A stretch of 62,949 bases of DNA, the filler included, from Octopus bimaculoides (lineage: Eukaryota), in assembly GCF_001194135.2 (NCBI RefSeq). It is 6 parts of 5 records of this genome, joined end to end, with 100 filler letters (N's around TTAATTAATTAA, not from the genome) between each part and the next. Parts side by side here need not be neighbours in the genome. Positions count along the whole stretch, not along the records: positions 50,653 to 55,618 come from NC_068991.1; positions 55,719 to 62,949 come from NC_068981.1; 4 more parts are not named here. One strand, given 5' to 3'. The notes under the pieces are model-generated. The model was not told the origin of the DNA, searched no databases, and saw nothing but the letters and a program-made list of their open reading frames with translations. Shown here piece by piece: positions 53,287-62,949 of the stretch (positions within the stretch are counted from its first letter, which is position 1; each line of letters begins with the position of its first letter). The position numbers and the translations under genes were made by a program.

Positions 53287-53395
53287 TATGCTTTATTAAT
53301 AAAGCTGCAAAGAGATCACAAAAACTGTTACTCAGAGTTTCACGTTCCCGTTCGTCGGACAGTTTTGGTTGAGACAGCTTTATTAATAAAGTATA
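53287..53395. mobile_element. MITE of about 109 bp with 21-bp TIRs
   Basis: TATGCTTTATTAATAAAGCTG (53287-53307) / CAGCTTTATTAATAAAGTATA (53375-53395), 1 mismatch. Confidence 0.7.
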
Positions 53396-53433
53396 CACAT
53401 ACACATACACACAAACACACACAAACACACACA

Positions 53434-53493
<60 letters not shown>

Positions 53494-54540
53494 CAGAAAG
53501 AGAGAGCCATGCATAAAGATGTATACGCATCGTCTTCATTTGTTCTTTTGTTTCAATTTTAGCAATGTTGTATGTCTCAAGATAGAGAGGAAGTATCGTC
53601 GCAACGCTTTGCTTGTTGTTGTTCTTGTCATTGCTGTAGTTGTTTTTTAAATCCAATCCAGCCTCGATTTAGCAGATTTATGTTTTTTCAGTCGTGATCA
53701 TCCTACTATCAGTTTTTAAGATGGCGAATAGTAGAAGAGAGAACTAAAATATATCTGATTCGTATCGAACTCTGCTGTGTAGGAAAATCAACGAAACGTC
53801 AGAAAATATTTTACATACACCGAAAGATTATTATAAGATGCCTTTGATCATCGATGTTTGAATAAGGGTCTTCTTGGATTTCAACGGTAACAACCGACAA
53901 GCTTCACCCTCACAGCCACTCTATTATGTGATATGCAACTATACCTTATTGTATGCACGTCGCACTTTACTCTTAAGGATCATAATGCCAACATTTTTTC
54001 CAACGCCAGACGTTGATTAAATAACTCCGAAAGTGAATAGTGAAAGGATGCTAAGTGTCCATTACTTTGCTGGGACGGATCATGGATTTGTAGGCTTTGG
54101 AATACTTTAAAAATTCACGTTCCGAAGTAATCTGCAGCATCTCTTAACAGGAAAATTAGAAGTGTTTTCCAATAACCAAATTAGAAGTGTTTTCCAATTA
54201 GAAGTGTTTTCCAGAGGTTCCTTTAGATAAATTTCCTGGCGCCCGAAGGTCACATTTCAGTCGGCCATATCCAGTTCCAGTTAACATCTCTAAGTAAATG
54301 CTCTTGATAGCGACAAATTGCTGCCCTTAACACCATACCAACACAAGAACAATAGCTCAGCAATTTGCAATAAATCCGATCTCGTCATTAGATCTAAACA
54401 AAAACAACCGCATTCACAAGAGCTCTTCGAACATAAGGCCAATCATCTTTCACGTTTACTCACAATATTGTCTACAGGAACACACATACATATATATATA
54501 TATATATGTATGTATATGTATGTGTATACATACATGCATA

Positions 54541-54588
<48 letters not shown>

Positions 54589-55766
54589 TACATGCACACA
54601 TAGAAATATATTTGCTTTCATGTCTTGCGGTGACTCTCACCAATACTTCGCCAAGTGCGTTGAAGGCTATACTTCGCTGATGTTGTTAAAATATGTAACA
54701 AACCCAATCGGGAGTTGTCGTCGTTTATACTTACTTGAAAAGTGACTAAAATATTACTCGACAAATACTTATTCTTCGCCAAATGCCAATTCCTTGTAAA
54801 CTTATTACTGCTTCACGGTTTACATGTTTTCAGAGTAACTCACCAACCTACCTCTTTAACGATTTTTTCAACCTCTCACATCACTAAATATTAAAACTAG
54901 CCAAACTGTATTCCTGTATATCAAGTTACCTTTATCTCAACACGTAGTTATTTCTGTAAATCTTTTTTTCGATACTCCAGGTAAAAAAAAATAATTTTGA
55001 AACACGTTTTAACACTAAATAAACTTCCGTTTTCAGTTGTTTCAGAGAGTGTGGTCAGAAATTGATAGATTCCTTTCCATAGTATTGAAATACTTAACGG
55101 TTTAAGGCTTATGGCCGAGAGACACCATTATAAAAGGAATTTCTAATAACTACTATTTACTTGCCATGTGGAATTGTCCTGGTGTAATTCATGCAGGACC
55201 TGCGGGTACCAAATACATGTTTTTACCCCTAAATGTAACCCCGATGTGTTTGTGAAAAAAAGAAAAGGTTTAGAGAGGAAAACTACCAGTTGCTGAACCA
55301 GGTTGATAAAGGGCGGAAAACTTATGGGAAAAATCTTACCCTGATTTTACTAAACAGTCCCCTTTGTCTGGACAAACGATATAGATGGCGCCACAATTAT
55401 GTATGTGTATAGTTGTGCAAGTATGTGGTGTGTGTGTGAGTATATGTGTGTGTGTCTACATGCTTGTATGTATACATATATAATATTCATATATGCAAAT
55501 ATGCATTATGTATGTTTATAAAGATGTGACGAGTAATTACAGATACACAAACAGACATGCAGACACACACGCATATACATATAGGTACATACATAATATA
55601 TATATATATATATATATANNNNNNNNNNNNNNNNNNNNNNNNNNNNNNNNNNNNNNNNNNNNTTAATTAATTAANNNNNNNNNNNNNNNNNNNNNNNNNN
55701 NNNNNNNNNNNNNNNNNNATATATATATATATAATATCCATATTTAGGGAAATGAGAAGATAAAAT

Positions 55767-55856
55767 TCAGGCTACATAAGTTTCATAGCTAGCAGAACCC
55801 TGGAAGCAGTAATTATCCAAATGAGGGGTAATCCGCTAGTTACTCATCAGGCCAAA
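55767..55856 (-). ncRNA. Type I hammerhead ribozyme motif, intact core, long stem II
   Basis: GGC-CTGATGA-GTAACTAGC...GCTAGCTAT-GAAA-C-TTAT-GT-A-GCC. Stem II pairs 8 of 9; triplet GUA. Confidence 0.7.
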
Positions 55857-56974
55857 GATATCTTAGTCAAATGAAGGTTACACTGTCGTTAAGGGACTCC
55901 ATGTTAACTCGCAGGAGATTTGATAGAAAATTTGTTCGCTTACACAGCCAACCCAGTTACTAACCGTGAACTATGAAATAACTTTTTTCAGTTCATCGAA
56001 CTTTGTTTTAGAAAAAACTTCTACGTCAAAAAACCACTCACTATTGTTTCTGAAAGTTGTTATTTATACCTTCTACGAACTGCTTGAACCATACTGTCTT
56101 CCTACACCTTAATTCTTCGAGCTTACCTTTACATACAGGCATATATATGGCTTCTTTCAGTTTCTGTCAACCAAATCCAGTCACAAGGCCTTGGTCGGTC
56201 AGAGTCTACATTCGACGATAATTACCAAAGGTGCTATGCAGTGAGACTGAACTTCGAACCATGTGGTTGAGAAGCAATCTGCTTACCATACAACCATGCC
56301 GACGCCAGACATATAAAACATTCCGACTAAAACCTCACCTTAATGATCATCGCATCGTTATCAGCAACATTAACGTTTTATTTGTAAACAATGGCAAAAA
56401 TTGTAATTGAATTTACCTTAATTAAGTTCCCAGGGAAATAATGAATCATATTGTAAGTATTAATTAGCCATCTGTTGCGAAAGCTTTATAGCGGGTAAAT
56501 GAGTATATAGAACAGTAATGGAAGAACTTTTTATACATATCCAAATGGTGCACTAATACGATCTAATAAATACTTAAAACAGCGTCCCAGTATGACTGTG
56601 GTCCAGAGACCAAAACGAGTAGCACAATAGAACAATGAAAGAATGTGCAGACAGGCATGACTCTATGGTCGAGAAGCTTGCTTTGCAGCAGCTAGTACTG
56701 GGTTTTATCGCACTACTTGGCACCTTAGGCCGACTAATGCATTATGAGTGAATTTGGTAGACGGAAACTATGTGATAGACAGAAATGTAACCGTACTCTA
56801 ATGACTGAAACATGTAAAAGATAAAAGATGAAATATTTCTTGCCACTAAAATTAATAAATACAGTCAAAGAAAATAGAAACGGTAAGAAATTTTGGTACG
56901 AACCGATAACAATCATTTCAATAAAATTATCACCTCACAGCACAAATATTGTCCGTGCTATGATCTATTGAGAA

Positions 56975-57275
56975 AGCGAGTGGCCTAGTGGTTGAGCTGT
57001 TGCATCCAGATCGTTAGATCGTGGGTTCGATTCCCTATCTGGATGGTGCCTTGTGTTCATGAGCAAAAAAAAATTCATTTCACATTGCTCTAGCCCATCT
57101 TTGATCAGGTGGTGGTGGTGGTGGTGGTGGTGGTAGTGGTGTTTTGGTGTTGGCCTTGCTCGCTTAGCCAGTGGAATGGCATCATTTGAAGGAAAAAACA
57201 ATGCTAAAAGTGCATTGTGACCATCGATGTGTAACAACATGTGATAGCCTGATCAGTCACGTGATTACGTGACTA
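56975..57275 (+). mobile_element. tRNA-headed SINE (related heads at 57855-58030 and 26228-26400)
   Basis: GTGGCCTAGTGGTT..GGTTCGATTCCC..TGTGTTCATGAGCAA. Confidence 0.65.
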
Positions 57276-59690
57276 TGATCTGTCAAATGGAAGCCACGTC
57301 CGTTTGAACCTCCTATATCTCTAATGGGTCACCCATTTTCCATGTAATGGAACGGCTCATTATAGATCCTTTTAATTTTAGCACAGGGACACAGATTTGA
57401 GGAGATAGGTATACTGTTACCTACATTATCCTTTAAACGATTTTATTAACCGCCTAAGGATAAAAAGCAAAATTGAACACGGCAGGTTTGAACTCAGGAT
57501 GTAAAGCATTTTAAGTAAATAACGCAAGGTATTTTTCCGACACCTGACGATTTTGTGAAACCATTGTCCATGACAAAGTGTAATAATATTTATTGGCTTC
57601 TAACGAGAGTAGTATTTTGCTGACATTTCAGAGTAGCAGATGGCTATGGTTTACATATGAATTATACAACGACGTTGTGGGCTATTGCTATTTAACAAGC
57701 TCGTACAAAAGCGAGTTGTAAAATACTGGGTCTCAATGAAACTGTTCTCTAAGAATTTTACAAATCAGTGGCAAATAGAGATGATTTATGCGTGTGTTAT
57801 GGTTATATACATGTTGTGGACATGAGGTATTTACAAGGGATACAATAGAATAAGTGGAGGTGCGTAGCTTAGTGGTTAGGGTGTTGCACTTATGATGGTA
57901 AAATTGTGTTTTCGATTCCTGAACCGGGCGATGTACTGTGTTATTGAGCACAGCACTTCATATCTCGTTGCTTTAGTCGACTTATCTAGTAAAAATAAGT
58001 AATATGGTAAAGTTGCGACAAGCCTGGCAAGCTGGTGATGAGTTTTGGATCTACCTAAAAAAACAACACTGATGCTGGGTATTATCATTTTATTGCAACA
58101 GAATAAAAGCATTAAAGCTATTCATAAAAGCGGTAATCGCAATTTTATTCAAAATCGATATATAAAACAATAGATAACAGAACTATAATAAGAAGCACTA
58201 AATACAAAAGTGCTTCCTTTTCTGTATTCACTATTTCTATTTAGGAAGGTTCATTATTTATTCATATTCTGAGATACTTTCTTTGCATTTCTTGGGACCA
58301 AATTTTTAATTCATTCAAACGTTCTTTGCACTAATGTAGACTGAAAGTACGACCTTTCTTTTCGCTTTAGAACACTGAAGTTTCTCTCATAAGAGGGTGC
58401 TACAGTTAACAACAGCAAAAAATGTGCAACAGAATAAGAACATTAGGGGAAAGATTACCCGCTCCTCATTTCAAAATTTCATCATGTTCTCTCTCTCTCT
58501 CACTCTCTCTCTCTTGATAATACTGCATTTTCTTTTAAGAAGAGTTTTTCTTTGAATATCACTTGAAATGCGACTTCCTTAGTTTAGAACAAAAGTACAA
58601 TATAATTGCTATAGAAGAAGCAGAGACGAAGCAGCCGTGTTGTGGACTAGTGGTTATAATGTATTAGTGGGTAAATATTTGTCAGTCAGCTGGATACTTT
58701 ATTTTTCGATGTGCATAGGTTATATTTGTTGCAACAACATTGTTTCTAACATGGAAAAGGCGCACCAATGTTTGTCATACTTTTATATTTAAGAAAATCA
58801 TATAATGATTGGTTACCAAATATTTTTCTTACTCTGCATAAAAACAGGTTTTTAAAAAAAATGGTATAGATATATGAACGTCATACTGTTTAGCTAAATC
58901 ATATATATTTAGATGTATAAGGTGGTGAGCCTACAGAATCGTTAGTTCACCGAGTAAAATGTTTAGCGGCATTTCGTCCGTTTCTACGTTCTGAGTTCAC
59001 ACTTCACTGAGGTCAATTTTGCCTTTCATACCTTTCGGGATCGATAAAATAAGTATCAGTTGATCACTAGGATCGACATAAACGACTTATCGCCACGCGC
59101 GAAATTGCTAGCATTGTGCCAGAATTTAAAATCAATATATCCACATATAAAATGACACAGGTAATTTTTTACTTCAGTGGTGATAGTTTTTAAATAATTT
59201 AGGACAACAGAACAGTTTGTCAAGCTATTAACAAACATTTAAACCATGAAGTCTTTTTTGTAACCTCTACGTAAGTGTATCTCAACACGTTAAATATCGT
59301 CAATAGCTGTAAAGAAAGGTTCATCATATGTTTGAGTCCTGTCTTGCACTGGAAATAAAGCGTGGAAAGGTATCACAATATATAACATTTTATAGTGGTA
59401 AATGTATGACACAAGAGTTACTCTTTAAACGTTTGAAGCCGTTAAACTTGAGACATGCAAAAAAAAAACCCCCAGAAAAAATAAGATGTGTCAGTGACTA
59501 AAAACGCCACCGGTTTCATGTCAGTGTTTTCTTCACCCGTGTATATTTGCACTTGCATGTAAACACACACACACNNNNNNNNNNNNNNNNNNNNNNNNNN
59601 NNNNNNNNNNNNNNNNNNNNNNNNNNNNNNNNNNNNNNNNNNNNNNNNNNNNNNNNNNNNNNNNNNNNNNNNNNNNNNNNNNNNNNNNNN

Positions 59691-60822
59691 CAAATGTCTG
59701 GAAAGTGAACTGTGTATGAGTCAGATACATGCTTGTGTGTGTATGGAGGGGAGAAAATCAGGTGTAGTGTTGGCGAATCTGAGGAAGCATGGAAGTTTTG
59801 AAGGATGCAGTGCTCCGACAACTAACTGATGCCAGCAGTTTGTTCCATACTTCAGCAACTCTTAGCATAAAAAGATGTTTCCGAAAGTCATGGGAGCTGT
59901 GCTGTTTTCTGACTTTGTAAACATGTCCACGGGTGTTAGACAGGTGGAGTTTGAAAAGGTGCTCAGAGTTGTTGTTAGTAAGATGGTTAATAATTTTATG
60001 GGTGTCTGCCAAGTCAGCTGCCAGACGTAGGAGTTTCAATGCATCCATGCCCAGGGAAGTAAGGCGTTCAGAATATGGCAAATACCTGATGGAGGGTATT
60101 CTCTTGGTTGCATGTCGCTGAACGGTTTCCAGACGATTAATATCCTGGGCAAGATAGAGGTTCCAGACTGGAGACGCAAATTCCAGGTGAGGCCGCACCA
60201 TAGCTATATAAAGCTTCAGATAGATAGCCGGAGAGCGGCTCACAAAGGACTTGGTAAGTGATGCCAAGACACCCTCAGCCTTCTTGGCAATTTTAGCAAT
60301 GTGTTTTGTCCAACGCAAATTGCTGTCAACAATAATGCCTAGGTCACGTTCGCAAGAAAACTTTTGATATTAGTGTTGTGGAGACGCTGGGTTTTTCCTC
60401 CCAAAATGCATGGTGGTACATTTGTCCACAGCTAGCTTGAGTTGCCAGTCCATGATCCATTGCTGGATCGTGTCCAGGTCTGATTGCAATAAAGATCTAT
60501 AGTGTACAGGATCTGTCCTTTTTATTTCGAGGTACAGCTTGATGGCATCTGTATATTTCAGCACTGTGGCATTCTTTAAGTTGGCATCTATATCATTAAT
60601 ATGTGTAACAAATAGAAGGGGGTCAAGAACAGATCCCTGTGGTACACCAGATGTCATCTCATAGGGTGAAGAGTGCTGTCCTAGAACTGTGACAACCTCT
60701 TTTCGGCCGATAATAAAGGACTTCAACCAGTTATAGAGATCATCTCTTACACCCATTGCAGAGAGTTTCACCATAAGTCTTTTGTGTGACACAGAATTAA
60801 AAGCCTTAGCAAAGTGAGAATT
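59691..60822 (-). mobile_element. CR1/L2-group LINE, 5'-truncated RT and 3' end
   Basis: HKRLMVKL..WLKSF..R..TSGVPQGSVLDPLLF..YTDAIKLY (decayed YADD), HLEFASPVWN..RLETVQRHATKRI..PYSERL, TRGH..RKHLF..RV..WNKL. The 3' end runs into a gap and (GT)n. Confidence 0.92.
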
Positions 60823-61419
60823 TATAAAAAAAAAACAAAAGACGAAGACGGGTGTGTAAACAACAAACAGATTTATTAGTTTAATACTGTTAAGACACTG
60901 TTAGATGGCCATTGGATCCTAAGTTCATTCGTTCTGTAACACATTTTGTTTATCGTCTCGCAGCATATGAAAAAAGCGAAATTTGAATGTTCCCAAGTCA
61001 TAATATCATCTCGTCTGATATCAGTGTCGGTGAGTTTATTGCATTAGGTATAGTAATATGGAACATCAAAGCAGGACTGGTGTTTCTCAAAAGATTCCTT
61101 TGTACCTAAGGAGGGAAAAGGAAAATTACTTGATTAGTTCCGTCTTATATTAGGCACAACTGTTCAGAAAGCCGGTGATCCGAGTTACCTAGTCTGTTGC
61201 GAAGACATTCGGATGATATGCTAAGAAAAGAGGACCCTCAGATTATGTGCATGACTTTAAAACTGCATATGAACCTAATTCCTATGCATTAATACATAAT
61301 ACATTGAATCTACTTTGTTTTGCTTTTTCATTTCGGGATGTGTAAAGTAATTCTGATACAGTATCAAAATTAATAAATCGCAATCTACCAACATACATAC
61401 ATACATACACACATACATA

Positions 61420-62545
61420 GAGTGCAGATGGCCTTCGAATGCCGTATGGTATCACTTAGACAGCACCTGCTAACCAACAGCAGCAAAAATAAATATATCA
61501 ATGGGGTCCTGAAAAGTGAAGTGAGCAACATTGTATGAGTTGGCAGTGAACTCCTCAAGAAACAGTCTCTTCCTGAGAATCTCCTATACACCCCCAAACA
61601 GCTGGGCTCTCTTACCTCAGAGAAAACCTGGATGGAAAGCACTTAGCATGCAAATAAAAGATCATGCATGGGTATGTTGCCTGGAAGCTTGAAGAAGGCT
61701 TTAGAATTAACACGAAGCGTGGCTTCTCTTGGACACAAGACCACTACATCACCTCACACTTTGAAGGCTATGTGTTTGCAATCCAGGAACAGGAGATTGC
61801 CACAAAGTACCTGGTGAACAAGAGAGACAGTGACGCACTTGTAATCCCAAGCTGCAACCGCATGTGTAGGCTATGTCATGTGTCTGTAGAAGACATTACG
61901 CATGTGATTGGCAGCTGTCCTAAAATGTCGTCACGGTACTATCTACCTATGCGGCACGATATTGTTGCTCAAACAATTTACAATGACTGTCCTGAAATAA
62001 ACTAAGAAAATCTCTCTGTTACGGAATACATTCATAAACACCAACTCAAGGAATACCGGTGGAATATTCCCATCAAACCTTCTATCAAATGTAAGCATAA
62101 CAGGCTGGATATTGTTGTTTGGGACAGAGGAGCAAAGATATGCACCATGATCGAAGTTAGCTGCCCTGCAGATATAAATATCTCTTTGAAAATCAAAGAA
62201 AAGGAGGATATCTATGGACAACTGCTTCGAAACCTTCAGCTTCTATATCCAGACTATGAATTCATATTCGTACCAATAATAACTGAAGCACTAGGTTTTG
62301 TTAGTAAATGCTTAAAGGAGAATCTGGATAAACTGGGATTTTCAGAAAGAGAAACTGACGGGCTGATTCGTACATTACAAGTCCAATCTGTGAGTGGAAC
62401 AGTAAAAATATACAAGACTTTTTTCAAGTTCCAAATGGGAATTTGTCTGTGTTAACTACATCTCAAAGATGGAGCCTTATATCTTTGTTGGAAACTGGCT
62501 CCCTCCTCTGCGAAAGATTTATAATAATTAAAAAATAGAAGAGAC
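61420..62545 (+). mobile_element. RLE-type (R4/Dong-like) non-LTR retrotransposon, 5'-truncated, with 3'UTR and (TACA)n on both sides
   Basis: CRLCHVSVEDITHVIGSC (CCHC knuckle), RHD, HNRLDIVVWD..IEVSCP..K..Y (RLE PD..D/E motif; PD here reads LD), PIITEALG..LDKLGF. 3'UTR at 62456-62545. Confidence 0.9.
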
Positions 62546-62582
62546 ATACATACACACATACATGCATGCATACATACATACA

Positions 62583-62614
<32 letters not shown>

Positions 62615-62670
62615 CACACGCGCATATACATACATACGTACATACATACATACATATATACATACATACA

Positions 62671-62704
<34 letters not shown>

Positions 62705-62857
62705 CATACATACTAGTTAAGGCGTTAGGTTCGAAATCCAATGGGCTGTATCCGCATAGGTTATTTTTTACTGGCAGTGCCTCAGTATGGCCACAACCTT
62801 TTGGCTGAAGAGCATAAGAGAATATATAAACAAAAACACACACGCACACACACACAC

Positions 62858-62907
<50 letters not shown>

Positions 62908-62949
62908 ACACATACACACATTCACATACACAAATAACCAGCGTTGTTT

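Noticed and set aside
54155-54212. AATTAGAAGTGTTTTCCA repeated three times
   Set aside because: A short local tandem duplication without regular unique spacers; not CRISPR-like, and the context is eukaryotic.
62461-62510. GAAAC-containing hairpin first considered as a hammerhead
   Set aside because: There is no CUGANGA, and it is explained as the RLE LINE 3'UTR stem.

Overview
Repeat-dense, AT-rich eukaryotic genomic DNA with many N gaps. It is most likely an octopus (cephalopod) assembly; this is inferred from the tRNA-derived SINE families and microsatellite load, not from a database search. One host coding exon is recognisable: an effector caspase (caspase-3/-7-like) on the minus strand at 48262-48654, cut by an assembly gap just after the catalytic His. 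The rest is mostly decayed mobile DNA: four or five Penelope-like (PLE) pieces, CR1, L1/Tx1 and RLE (R4/Dong-like) LINE fragments, Tc1/mariner remnants, MITEs, a non-autonomous Helitron carrying telomere-like repeats, and several SINE families. Two hand-read signals stand out. First, a scattered set of minimal type I hammerhead ribozyme motifs, several with intact catalytic cores. Second, RLE retrotransposon copies that sit in specific microsatellites, (TACA)n for one lineage and (TAA)n for another, the former with a conserved 3'UTR stem. All alignments and folds were done by eye, so coordinates of decayed elements are approximate.
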